Origin: an uncultured virus (IMG/VR IMGVR_UViG_3300028393_000031)
Lineage: Duplodnaviria; Heunggongvirae; Uroviricota; Caudoviricetes
Reading direction: 5' to 3' (one strand)
Virus record (IMG/VR): IMGVR_UViG_3300028393_000031
DNA: 64,000 nucleotides
In this document: positions 39,922 to 50,500 of the stretch, one piece after another
How positions within the stretch are numbered: the first letter of the stretch is position 1
How the letters are laid out: the number at the start of each line of letters is the position of its first letter
Position numbers and translations under genes: made by a program
The notes under the pieces: model-generated
The model's input: the letters and a program-made list of their open reading frames with translations, nothing else
The model's database searches: none
What the model was told of the DNA's origin: nothing

Positions 39922-41250
39922 ATGGCAAATAAAATTAAATTAAAACGCTCAGCGGTAGCTGGAAAAATACCAGACGCTGCGGATCTTGAAATCGGCGAAG
40001 TGGCCGTTAATACAGCCGATGGCGTTTTTTATGTTAAACATTCAGATAATTCCATTAAATCAATTGGAAATGCAACAATAATTACAGGTAATATTAGTTT
40101 AGATGCCAGTAGTAACATAATTTATGTAGCTAAAAATGGCGATGATACCAGTCGAGGTGGCCTTACTACGCCCAAATTAACTATTAAAGCAGGCCTGGCA
40201 GCAGCTACATCAGGGACTAGTGTACATGTAGCACCCGGCATCTATACTGAAGATAATCCTGTTACGGTCCCTGCTGGAGTTAGCTTAGTTGGAAACGATT
40301 TGCGCACAGTAACAGTAATACCACAAACAGCAAGTTCTGATTTATTCTATTTAAAAGCTGGCTGCTATGTCTGGGGGCTAACTATTAAGGATTATCTGGC
40401 AAACGGATTTAGTTACAATCCCTCAACCCCAACACAAAACGTCTATGTAAGTCCATACATACAGAACATTACCAGTAGCACTACAACTGGTACCGCTGTT
40501 AAAATTGATGGTAGTTTGACCAGTGCTAGTAGTACCAAAGCAATGATTTTAGGGTTCTTTACAATAATCAACAAAGGCGGAAAAGGTGTACACATTACCA
40601 ATTTGGGATACAGTCAATTGGTTAACATATATACAATTGCTTGCGACATTGGTATACATTGTGAGTCTGGTGCATTTTGTACATTAAATGGAAGCGATTC
40701 TAGTATTGGTAATTACGGATTGGTAGCAGATGGCAAGGGCCCAGAAGCATTGTCGGGAACTACATTTGGTGCTAGCACCAATGGTGTATTTCAAATCAGA
40801 GGCCTGGCAGCACAACCAAAAGTCAATCAAACAATGACCATTGATGGCGACGGCAATTATTATAGTATTGATACAGTCAGACAAGTTGACGGATTAACAT
40901 ACGAAGTTACTGTACAAGAAAACTATATAAACATCCTGGACGATAATACCACAGTGAGATTCTATCAACGCAGTGCTATTATTGCCAGCGCACATACGTT
41001 TGAATACGTTGGCGCCGGCACAAATCCACTAACAGCATTACCACAATATGGCGGAATACCAATTGAGGCCAATGAAGTAACAGCAATCAATGGCGGCCGG
41101 GTTACATTTACTGGAACCGATCATAAAGGTAATTTTAAAATTGGAACAAATTTAACTATTAACCAAACAACGGGTTCTATCACTGGTGATAGCTTTACAC
41201 GCAGTATGTTTGCTATGATGACACCATATATATTAGCTCTTGAAGGATAA
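39922..41250 (+). CDS. Tailspike-like protein: Mtd-N-like N-terminus plus parallel beta-helix
   Basis: 'IKLKRS.VAGKIP...L..GE.A.NTADG'; 'IYVAKNGDD..TIKAG..VHVAPGIYTE..VSLVG'. Confidence 0.72.
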   Translation: MANKIKLKRSAVAGKIPDAADLEIGEVAVNTADGVFYVKHSDNSIKSIGNATIITGNISLDASSNIIYVAKNGDDTSRGGLTTPKLTIKAGLAAATSGTSVHVAPGIYTEDNPVTVPAGVSLVGNDLRTVTVIPQTASSDLFYLKAGCYVWGLTIKDYLANGFSYNPSTPTQNVYVSPYIQNITSSTTTGTAVKIDGSLTSASSTKAMILGFFTIINKGGKGVHITNLGYSQLVNIYTIACDIGIHCESGAFCTLNGSDSSIGNYGLVADGKGPEALSGTTFGASTNGVFQIRGLAAQPKVNQTMTIDGDGNYYSIDTVRQVDGLTYEVTVQENYINILDDNTTVRFYQRSAIIASAHTFEYVGAGTNPLTALPQYGGIPIEANEVTAINGGRVTFTGTDHKGNFKIGTNLTINQTTGSITGDSFTRSMFAMMTPYILALEG

Positions 41251-41252
41251 TT

Positions 41253-41585
41253 ATGACAACCGCAATTAATGTTTTTAAAACATATACAGCAAACTTAACA
41301 CCAACTAGTACCACAGTATATACGACACCCAATGGATATACCAGTATTGTTTTACTGGCACAAATCAGTAATACCAGCGAATCAACTATTTCGGTTACAT
41401 CCGATTTTGTTAGGAGCTCAATTCCAACTAATTTAATTAAAAATGGTCCAGTACCAAGACATGATGCAATAAACATCATTGGTGGCAAATTGATTTTACA
41501 AACTGGTGATTCCCTAAAAGCCAATGCATCAATTTCAAATGCAAGTCAGATGATTATTAGTATTATTGAAAGTATAAATCCATAA
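41253..41585 (+). CDS. Small virion protein
   Basis: 'VYTTP..GKLILQTGDSLKA', similar to the 36150 ORF and the N-terminal part of the 12936 ORF. Confidence 0.78.
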   Translation: MTTAINVFKTYTANLTPTSTTVYTTPNGYTSIVLLAQISNTSESTISVTSDFVRSSIPTNLIKNGPVPRHDAINIIGGKLILQTGDSLKANASISNASQMIISIIESINP

Positions 41586-41586
41586 T

Positions 41587-42183
41587 ATGAAAACAAATCG
41601 TGTTCTTACTAGCGGGCGTGTTGCAGTAACACCATTTGCTGAATTAAGCAGTGATAGATATGAATTTCTTTCAGTAAATGAAGCTGAACCAAATCTAGGA
41701 ACATCGGCAAATAATAGCATACTAACTACAAATACATCGGGTCAGCGTATATGGACTAGTAATATTATTGTTTCTAGTGTTAAAACTAGTAACGTTTTGA
41801 ATACCGACGGCTCGCCTTATGTTACAAGCAGCAATATTTATAACGGTAGAATAACTATCAATGACGAGTTGGAGGTAGCAGACTATGTGCCTGTGGCAGG
41901 TACAACTACTGTGAGATGGTTATTAACCGCTAAAGATAATATCAATAATAGATACAAGTTTAGTACTATTGATTGTATTAACGATGGAACTGTAGTATTT
42001 TTTACTGAGTACGCAGTATTATTAAGTGATAGCAATTATGAAGTTGCCAACTATGCATCAGACATTACAACTGGCAATATTGATTTATTGGCCCAGGGCG
42101 ACAGTAGTAGTGTAACAATTACCTATCAGCGCACTACACTGGGATCCAGTACACCAATTGGGTATGTAATCCGCAAAGGATAA
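41587..42183 (+). CDS. Putative structural protein
   Basis: 198-aa ORF packed tightly in the operon. Confidence 0.75.
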   Translation: MKTNRVLTSGRVAVTPFAELSSDRYEFLSVNEAEPNLGTSANNSILTTNTSGQRIWTSNIIVSSVKTSNVLNTDGSPYVTSSNIYNGRITINDELEVADYVPVAGTTTVRWLLTAKDNINNRYKFSTIDCINDGTVVFFTEYAVLLSDSNYEVANYASDITTGNIDLLAQGDSSSVTITYQRTTLGSSTPIGYVIRKG

Positions 42184-42250
42184 TTATGCAATATACAAGC
42201 CCAATAGGGAAAACAAACTGTAATTAATAATTTAATTTTAGGAGAATACA

Positions 42251-42751
42251 ATGACGGTTACTCTCAATGGTAGCAACATTCCAAACGCAGGATCTGTAGG
42301 ATACGGAAACGGAGTAGAAGTAGCATTTACAAATCCCGGAACTGTGGGAGCATTTCTTGTGTCCAATGGATCAGCAGCACCAACGTTTTCAACCACTCCA
42401 GTTGACGGAACAGACCCAGTTGGATTTAGAAACATACCAATTAATAGTCAAAGTGCAGGATATATAACAGTTCTGTCGGATTCGGGAAAAATTATTTTTC
42501 ACCCAAGTACAGATCCCAATGCAAGAACATACACTATTCCATCAAATGCATCGGTGCCCTATCCACTTGGCACAGCACTGACATTTATCAACATGACCAG
42601 CCAAGTTGTTACAATTTCTATCAACTCAGACACCATGTATCTGGGCACTGCGGGCACAACCGGGCCCCGACAGTTAGCATACTGCGGATCGGCAACGGCA
42701 ATCAAAATGACTGACACCACTTGGCTCATAAGTGGCGGCGGACTAACATGA
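42251..42751 (+). CDS. Tail-fibre tip-like protein
   Basis: SD AGGAG; 'NIPINSQSA.Y..VLSDSGK..RTYTIP..YPLGT..TWLISG.GLT'. Confidence 0.75.
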   Translation: MTVTLNGSNIPNAGSVGYGNGVEVAFTNPGTVGAFLVSNGSAAPTFSTTPVDGTDPVGFRNIPINSQSAGYITVLSDSGKIIFHPSTDPNARTYTIPSNASVPYPLGTALTFINMTSQVVTISINSDTMYLGTAGTTGPRQLAYCGSATAIKMTDTTWLISGGGLT

Positions 42752-43644
42752 GCGGCGTATTAATAGCTGCTAGGCAAAATTCTATATCATCCGTGACGTC
42801 GTTATTCACTGTTGAATATTTCGTGGTTGCCGGTGGCGGCTCGGGTGGAGGTAAGCGTACAGGCGGTGGCGGCGCTGGCGGATTGCTTTATTATGGTGTG
42901 CTCTCAACACCAAAAACACCAAATGGCAATGCAATACCATTTATAAGTGGTATTACATATACAGTAACTGTATCGGGTGCTGCGGGACCCGATTCACCTG
43001 GTTCTAGTAGTTCAGTTGTGGGGGGTGCTGTTAACATTGTGGCCATCGGCGGCGGGCAAAACGGTGCAGCCGGCGGCTCGGGTGGTGGACCCAGCGCCGC
43101 CGGAACAGCTGGCCAAGGAAACGCAGGTGGACCAAATGCCAGCGGCTATGGCGGTGGCGGTGGCGCAGGCGCAGTTGGTGGTAGCGCATCTGGCAATACT
43201 GGTGGTGATGGCGGTGCAGGATTGCGATATCCCGAATTTGCCGTATTAACCGGAGCCGCAGCAGGATTCCCAACCGGAAATGTAGCTGGCGGATGGTTTG
43301 CTGGTGGTGGTGGGGGTGGCTCACAAGTGGCTCCATTTATAGGTGGTGCTGGCGGAATTGGTGGCGGCGGCGCAGGTGGTTACGGACCCAGTGTGGCTGG
43401 ATATGGATCTGCTGGATTATGGGGTAATCCCGGCATTGCAAATACCGGTGGCGGCGGTGGCGGTACATCCGATCTGCATCCAATAAATGGAGGAGCCTCC
43501 AAGGGGTTTGGCGCCAGCGGCATTGTAATCATAGCATACAACTCTCCTACGCAAAAAGCGGCCGGGGGAACAATTGATACCACAACCAGGCCTGGATGGT
43601 ATCTACACATATTCACTGGCAGCGGAACCTTTATTACCATTTAA
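42748..43644 (+). CDS. Glycine-rich virion protein
   Basis: ATGA overlap with the upstream gene; 'VEYFVVAGGG..GGGGAGG..ANTGGGGGG..SGIVIIAY..HIFTGSGTF'. Confidence 0.8.
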   Translation: MSGVLIAARQNSISSVTSLFTVEYFVVAGGGSGGGKRTGGGGAGGLLYYGVLSTPKTPNGNAIPFISGITYTVTVSGAAGPDSPGSSSSVVGGAVNIVAIGGGQNGAAGGSGGGPSAAGTAGQGNAGGPNASGYGGGGGAGAVGGSASGNTGGDGGAGLRYPEFAVLTGAAAGFPTGNVAGGWFAGGGGGGSQVAPFIGGAGGIGGGGAGGYGPSVAGYGSAGLWGNPGIANTGGGGGGTSDLHPINGGASKGFGASGIVIIAYNSPTQKAAGGTIDTTTRPGWYLHIFTGSGTFITI

Positions 43645-43659
43645 TGAAAGGAAAATTTA

Positions 43660-44049
43660 ATGGCAAATTTTGTAGAAATCGACGAAAATAATATTGCAAT
43701 ACGGGTTGTGGCCATCAATAATTCCGACATTATGGAAGACGGAGTTGAAAGTGAACAAAAAGGAATAGCCTTCTGTAAAACACTTTGGCCCGATAGCAAC
43801 AGGTGGGTTCAGACCAGTTTTAGTCAACAATTTAGAAAAAATCTTGCAGGTATAGGATACACATATGATGAAGGCAGGGATGCGTTTATTCCTCCCAAGT
43901 TATATCCCAGCTGGGTTTTAAATGAAGATACCTGTAGATGGGAAGCACCTGTACCATCAAAATACAATGGTACAGATGGTAAATTTTACGCATGGGACGA
44001 AGACATTGAAGATTGGGTAGAAATACCAAATATTGTAATTTTAGGGTAA
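43660..44049 (+). CDS. Conserved phage protein (paralogue of 61204)
   Basis: 'WVQTS..RKN.AGIGYTY..DAFIPPK.YPSW.L.E.TC.W..P'. Confidence 0.82.
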   Translation: MANFVEIDENNIAIRVVAINNSDIMEDGVESEQKGIAFCKTLWPDSNRWVQTSFSQQFRKNLAGIGYTYDEGRDAFIPPKLYPSWVLNEDTCRWEAPVPSKYNGTDGKFYAWDEDIEDWVEIPNIVILG

Positions 44050-44051
44050 GT

Positions 44052-44513
44052 ATGAAAAAAAGACATGATTTAGGATATTTTGGCAATATATGGGTAAGGC
44101 AAAATGAATTGCAATATGCAGGAGACGAAACTCCCGGACATTATCATTTGTTTGACCATGTTAGTTTACTAGTAAGTGGTACAGTTGAAGTTGAAGTAGA
44201 AGGTAATCCTCCTAGAATTTTTACTGCGCCCACATTTATTGTTATCAAAAAAGAACGCCCACATAAATTTAAAGCAATAACAGACGATGTAGCCTGGTAC
44301 TGTGTTTTTGCTATAAGAGATATTGACGGAGAGGTATCTGACATAGTGCCAGAAACATCAACACCGTATTTTATTAATGATGTTCATCCCGAGTACTGGG
44401 AAAGACGTAAAAAATTAGAGGATATGAGTATAACTGTTGCAAATAAACCATATCCATTGGATGGTAAACTATATGAGTGGAATGAACAAGTCGACGATTG
44501 GGCAGCAATTTAA
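44052..44513 (+). CDS. Cupin-domain protein
   Basis: 'GHYHLFDHVSLLVSG.VEV...F.AP.FIVI..E..HKFKA...YCVFA'. Confidence 0.78.
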   Translation: MKKRHDLGYFGNIWVRQNELQYAGDETPGHYHLFDHVSLLVSGTVEVEVEGNPPRIFTAPTFIVIKKERPHKFKAITDDVAWYCVFAIRDIDGEVSDIVPETSTPYFINDVHPEYWERRKKLEDMSITVANKPYPLDGKLYEWNEQVDDWAAI

Positions 44514-44593
44514 ACATATGTAGTCTGATTAGCCCGACCTAACCTGGCACGGTTCTGGATAAATAACATACAAGCCTATAGGGAAAATGAACT

Positions 44594-45724
44594 GTGGCCA
44601 ATAAGAATTTCATAGCAAAAAATGGCCTCACGGTAGGCAATCTAACAGTGGACGCTGCCACTGGTAATGTAGTTACCAGCGGGAATATTGTCACTGGATC
44701 AGTCTATACTGATAGTTATTTTTACGCCAACGGCACCCCCTACTTTAATACTGGTTACACTGGATCGTCGGGGCTACCATTTTTTATTGCTAAAACTTAT
44801 TCAAGTGTAGCAAATTTACTAGCAGATACTAGCCCAACTGACATAATTGCTGGTCAGTTTGCTATAATTAACACAAATAGTGTTGAAATTGCCGAAGACG
44901 GCAAATTATATAGGTGGGATGGGTCTAGCTATACATTTATTGTAGACATGTCTGGCGCACAGGGTGTCGACGGACCGCTCGGTCCCAAAGGATACACTGG
45001 ATCAATTGGTTATACTGGATCAATTGGAATTGGTTATGCAGGCAGTGCTGGTTATGCAGGCAGTGCTGGCTATGCAGGCAGTGCTGGTTATGCAGGAAGT
45101 GCTGGTTATGCAGGCAGTGCTGGTTATGCAGGCAGTGCTGGCTATGCAGGCAGTGCTGGTTATGCAGGCAGTGCTGGTTATGCAGGCAGTGCTGGTTATG
45201 CAGGATCGTTTGGTTATGCTGGTAGTTTTGGTTACACTGGTAGCTTTGGATATACTGGTTCCACTGGTACATTTTCTGGCACAACAACTCAGCAAATTGT
45301 TACTAGTAATACAACCGCGGCAACAAGTACCACAACGGGCGCTTTGCAAGTTACCGGAGGTGCTGGTATTGCTGGTAACTTATACGTTGGGGGCAATCTA
45401 GTAGTAACTGGTAACATTACTACATTAAACTATGAAACCGTAACTCGCACAGAATTTTCCAATGTTATAACAGCATCGGGCAACATTACTACTACTGCTA
45501 GTTTTGTCACCACAGGCGGAGTATTCTGGGCCAACGGTGACGCATTTAGTTCTTCTAGCATCAAAACACAAAGCAGTGCGCCAACTGTTGCAGCACCTGG
45601 TGATTTTTGGTACAACACTAATAACGATAGATTATATGAATATGTTAATAACGGTGCCTATGGATTTTGGTTGGATTTCAGTGGACCTACTGTAAAATAT
45701 TTGAGTTCTCCTCCTATTGTATAA
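44594..45724 (+). CDS. Short collagen-like fibre protein
   Basis: GTG start; GYAGSA repeats; modules shared with the 36514 and 47515 genes; promoter at 44558. Confidence 0.82.
   Translation: MANKNFIAKNGLTVGNLTVDAATGNVVTSGNIVTGSVYTDSYFYANGTPYFNTGYTGSSGLPFFIAKTYSSVANLLADTSPTDIIAGQFAIINTNSVEIAEDGKLYRWDGSSYTFIVDMSGAQGVDGPLGPKGYTGSIGYTGSIGIGYAGSAGYAGSAGYAGSAGYAGSAGYAGSAGYAGSAGYAGSAGYAGSAGYAGSAGYAGSFGYAGSFGYTGSFGYTGSTGTFSGTTTQQIVTSNTTAATSTTTGALQVTGGAGIAGNLYVGGNLVVTGNITTLNYETVTRTEFSNVITASGNITTTASFVTTGGVFWANGDAFSSSSIKTQSSAPTVAAPGDFWYNTNNDRLYEYVNNGAYGFWLDFSGPTVKYLSSPPIV
45032..45260 (+). repeat. 18-bp coding tandem repeat (ggttatgcaggcagtgct; GYAGSA x9 plus variants)
   Basis: Directly visible in the sequence. 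Confidence 0.95.
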
Positions 45725-45737
45725 TGGAATTGTGTAA

Positions 45738-47492
45738 ATGACGTTAACTATTTCAGGACTAGCAATAACAGGTGGGGTGGCAGTTACTAGTTACGATCTA
45801 GGATTCTTAGTTGATTATCTGTTAGTTGCCGGCGGCGGTGCCGGTGGCGGCGCAACGAATCTTGCCGGTCAAGGTGGAGGTGGTGCCGGCGGCTTTATAG
45901 CCAGCTCAATATTTGCTATTACAAATGCAACTTGGACAATCGTAGTTGGTGCAGGCGCAACAGGATCAAGAACAAGAGGAGCAAATGGATCAAATAGTCT
46001 ATTAGATACCATTATAGCCTATGGCGGTGGAGGTGGTGGCGGAGGCGATGAATCTTCAGGAACCGACAGCGGACTCACGGGCGGCTCAGGAGGTGGCGGC
46101 ACTTACAGAAATGGTTACGGCAGCGGCGGCGCTGGAATTGCTGGCCAAGGAAATGCAGGCGGCGCGGGCGGAGGTGTTATAAGTCCTTATCCCGGAGGTG
46201 GCGGTGGTGGCGCAGGTGCTGCTGGTGACAATGGGTTGGGATCAATTGCTGGTGCAGGCGGTATTGGGTCCGATTGGCCCGCTGGCACTGGAACAATCGG
46301 TGGCACAGCTATTTGGGATACAAGAGATTTAATTGGCACAGGAGATTTAGTAGCAAAAACCAATAGTGGTTGGGGCAGCTTTATGAATGCTTATGCTGTG
46401 TGGCATACTAATGGTAGTTCGACTGTGGGAGTTGATCAAACCGTAACAGTTGCATTTCCATATACAGGATTGTATACAATCCAAGCAGCAGCCGATAATG
46501 GCGTAACTGTTTACATAGATGGAGTTAGTCGAACAAGTACCACCACGTATGCTGGGTCAGTTACTGTAAATATAACATTAACCAGCGGAAATCACGACAT
46601 ACGTACGGTGGCTTACAACAGCGGTGGCCCTGGCGGCGTATCTGTTTTAATTGCTAGCCTAACCACTAACTATTATGCTGGTGGAGGCGGTGGTGGAGTT
46701 AGAACAGGTGGATCAGGCGGCCTGGGTGGTGTAGGTGGAGGTGGTAACGGAGCAATAGTGTCTAATACCAACGGAGGAAATGCCACGGCTAACTCTGGTG
46801 GAGGTGGTGGTGGATCAAGTCAATATACCAGCTTGCCCTATGGTGGCAATGGTGGCTCTGGGATCTCTATTATTCGTTACTCGGACTCTTATCCAGAATC
46901 TGGAGTTAGCGGTGCAAGTTACATACTAGCAAATGGCTACAGAACCTACACCTGGACAACATCGGGTTCTATTAGATTTTTTAATCCGTTTACAGCAGTT
47001 GATTTAACCTATGACCAAACTTGGAGCGGCGGCAACTTTACGGTCAGCGGAAATACAGTTACCACAACAGGGCAGTTTGCTAGCATACTGTATGCTATAG
47101 TACAAACCGCAGGTAAAATATATTTTGAATTTACAGTAATTACTGAGGTTGGTGACGGATATGGCTGGTACGTAGGAGTTCAACGGGTACCTACTAGGGT
47201 AGGCAACTATCATAACGGAACAAGTGGGAATGGAAACGGCGGTGCCGGGACAGCGTTTGGGGGCCCAGGGGTAGGAGTGGCTACTCATACTTACGGGGTG
47301 CTGATAGATTTAGATGCACAAACTGTGGCCTGGAATGGCGCCGTAGCCGTGGCAATTCCGGGATCAGGACAACTTTACTTTGCTGTATACGATGGCACCA
47401 GTAGCGGTACTGGGTCGGGCAGCATAAATTGGGGCACTAGCAGTTTTGTAAACACTATACCATCAGGTGCAATTCCTGCAGGATCGCTATGA
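45738..47492 (+). CDS. Gly-rich protein with inserted PA14-like domain and C-terminal SPRY/ConA-like domain
   Basis: 'VDYLLVAGGG'; 'YTIQAAADNGVTVYIDG'; 'GKIYFEFTV..YGVLIDLDA'. Confidence 0.75.
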   Translation: MTLTISGLAITGGVAVTSYDLGFLVDYLLVAGGGAGGGATNLAGQGGGGAGGFIASSIFAITNATWTIVVGAGATGSRTRGANGSNSLLDTIIAYGGGGGGGGDESSGTDSGLTGGSGGGGTYRNGYGSGGAGIAGQGNAGGAGGGVISPYPGGGGGGAGAAGDNGLGSIAGAGGIGSDWPAGTGTIGGTAIWDTRDLIGTGDLVAKTNSGWGSFMNAYAVWHTNGSSTVGVDQTVTVAFPYTGLYTIQAAADNGVTVYIDGVSRTSTTTYAGSVTVNITLTSGNHDIRTVAYNSGGPGGVSVLIASLTTNYYAGGGGGGVRTGGSGGLGGVGGGGNGAIVSNTNGGNATANSGGGGGGSSQYTSLPYGGNGGSGISIIRYSDSYPESGVSGASYILANGYRTYTWTTSGSIRFFNPFTAVDLTYDQTWSGGNFTVSGNTVTTTGQFASILYAIVQTAGKIYFEFTVITEVGDGYGWYVGVQRVPTRVGNYHNGTSGNGNGGAGTAFGGPGVGVATHTYGVLIDLDAQTVAWNGAVAVAIPGSGQLYFAVYDGTSSGTGSGSINWGTSSFVNTIPSGAIPAGSL

Positions 47493-47514
47493 TTTTTAAT
47501 GGGTAAATACTAAT

Positions 47515-50500
47515 ATGACGTTTCCAACTACACCAGCAGATAATACCAAAACAGTTGTTGATGGTATAACCTACGTCTATTCTGCTGCTAATAACGCCTG
47601 GACCAGAGTTGCACAAGGTGTGCAAGGTACTGATACAACGTTTACTGTAGCTAACGTTACTCCTAGCGGTAATACTAGTTCGGGCGCTCTGGTTGTGGCT
47701 GGAGGCGCGGGTATTGCTGGCGATTTATATGCTGGCGGCGGCTTGAATGCTGCATCATTGGCAATCGCGCAAACTAGTACAGGAAATCAATATGCTCTGA
47801 CCATGGCAGGCGCTGGTACAGGTGATCAGTGGGCTTTTACTTTAGGTGACACCCCTGGGCAAAATAATATTACCAGTTTGGACAACACAGGCGCTGCGTA
47901 TGCCCCAATGTCAATTAATGCAGAGTCATTTACTCTTGGCACTGCTGGTGCTGGTGCTGCTACCAGTTTAGTAGTTGACGGGTCTGGTAACGTGATTGTG
48001 GCTAGTGCCACAGATGCAATATCAACCACAACCGGTGCGCTACAAGTAGCAGGCGGCGCTGGTATTGTAGGCAACGTATATGTTGGCGGTAGCGTGGTTG
48101 CGGGAAACATAGTGTCACTAGGCACTTATGCTGCTATCACTGGTGCTAATTTAATATCTACAGTAGATTTTGCTGCATCTGGCAACGTTACTGTTACTGG
48201 GAATGTCTATACTGACCACTATTTCTACGCAAACGGTGTTCCGTATTACAACACGGGCGCAACAGGCCCAATTGGCTATACTGGTAGTTCTGGATACACT
48301 GGTAGCGTAGGCTATGCAGGTAGTGCTGGGTATGCTGGCTCAGCTGGATACACTGGTAGCAAAGGTAATCCTGGATTACAAGGATCCACTGGACCGATTG
48401 GTGCCACCGGCTTAGGTGCCACCGGTGCTACAGGTGCTAGCGGTAGTGCTGGTTATATAGGTAGTGCTGGATATATTGGTAGCCGCGGTGCAACAGGTGC
48501 AGGTGCCTCCGGAGCAACAGGTGCAACAGGACCTGCGGGCGCACAAGGTGTTAGTGTTACCTTACAAGGAACTAAAGCAACTATAGCAGATCTACCAGCG
48601 GCGCCAATGAATTGGAATGATTATGCTGGTTACGGTTGGATAGTTACAACCGGCGACGGCGGCGCACACCTGGACGGCGCATTATGGTTCTGGAACGTGT
48701 CAACGGGACAGTGGAATGACATTGGAAAAATTGTTGGACCAGTTGGGGCCAGTGGTGCAACTGGTGTTATGGGAGCCAGCGGGTCAACAGGAGCATTGGG
48801 ATACACTGGATCTATAGGCATTGGATATGCTGGTAGTGTTGGATACGTTGGTAGTGTTGGATATGTTGGCTCACTTGGCTACACTGGCAGTAAAGGCATA
48901 GACGGAACCAGTATCACTATACTTGGATCTGTAGTAGACTTAACATACTTAAACGGGCCAGTTACTACTATCGTGGGCAACTTTGGCGACGGATATATTT
49001 TATCATATAACGGTCATTTGGCTGTTTGGACAGGATCGCAATTTTCAGATGTAGGTAATATAACCGGGCCACAAGGTAATCAAGGCGCAACAGGTCCAAT
49101 TGGCTATACAGGATCATTTGGTGCAACAGGAGCAACAGGCCCTGTTGGTGCTAGCGGTATTACACCAGAATCGTTGACTTATACAGCGCAATCAATGTCG
49201 CTAACTGATGGTGTTTATGTGTCTGGCGGCTTGTCTGACATACAAACTTTTAACGATGGCAATTATTATACCATTACTGACGGCACGCATGCAGGACCTG
49301 CTTGGATAGTAACTGTTGGATTTACTGGTGTCGTTAAGTTCAATCGTGTTGCATTAAATATTAATTATACACAGGCTTCTGGCCACATAATTTATGTTCA
49401 AGTATATAATAATTTAACAACAGTATGGGATAATATTGGATCTTATACAGGATTAGGCGGCTTTTATCAGTTTGCATTAGAAGTAATAGATTCTACTAAT
49501 TATGTTAATAGTGGAGCAGCCACAATTAGACTATACCATAGTAACACCGGCAATGTAGCACATCAAACTCAAATTGATTATGTAGCTATTGAAGATAGTA
49601 TTCAAGGCGGCCAGGGTCCAAAGGGTGCTAGCGGTGCGTTAGGATATGCTGGCAGCAAGGGGTATACTGGTAGTGTTGGGTACGCCGGCAGCGTTGGATA
49701 TGCTGGAAGTGCAGGGTACACAGGTAGCCAGGGTATAGATGGCTATACTGGCAGTATTGGCTATACTGGCAGTATTGGCTATACTGGCAGTATTGGAATA
49801 GGATATGCTGGCAGCGTTGGTTATACGGGTTCTAAAGGTAACGATGGTAATTTTGGTGGCGAAGCATTTGCCTATACCTACAGCAGCGACACTACCATAA
49901 CAGATCCCACATCAGGCAACATCGAATTTGATTCGACTACACTATCGTCTGCTACGGTAATGTACATCAACTTTTATGATAAGTTGGGAGTATCGGCCTA
50001 CAGTTTCTTACAAACTATTGACGACTCAACATCCAGCATCAAGGGACATTTTACTGTAGTAGAAAATGGAAACAATGCAAACTATGCAATGTTTGCAATT
50101 ATTGGTAATCATACCGAAGAAGGCGCGCCGGTACACAACCATTTCCATGTGCCCATCTCCTACTTGTCGGGTCCGGGATCATTTACTAATGGCACATCGC
50201 TGATTGTTACATTTGCCAGGACTGGTGACCGCGGTGATTTAGGATACGTTGGTTCGGTTGGCTATGCAGGCAGTGTTGGCTATGCAGGATCTGCTGGATA
50301 TGCAGGATCTGCTGGATATGCCGGATCAAGCGGCTATGCAGGATCAATCGGAGTTGGCTATGCAGGATCTGCTGGATATGCCGGATCAAGCGGCTATGCA
50401 GGATCTGCTGGTTATAGTGGAAGCATTGGTAATGCAGGATATACTGGATCAACGGGTACGTTCAGCGGCACAACTACACAACAGATCATAACCAGCAACA

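Noticed and set aside
39922..41250. Diversity-generating retroelement suggested by the Mtd-N-like N-terminus
   Set aside because: No reverse transcriptase and no template/variable repeat pair with adenine-specific mismatches was seen in the window.
42186..42227. 13-codon mini-ORF MQYTSPIGKTNCN
   Set aside because: It is too short to support and is better explained as the decayed duplicate leader.
44937..45401. His/Cys-rich (HNQHCL)n, (CITSTA)n and (VMQAVL)n ORFs
   Set aside because: These are alternative-frame shadows of the 18-bp GYAGSA repeat in gene 44594.
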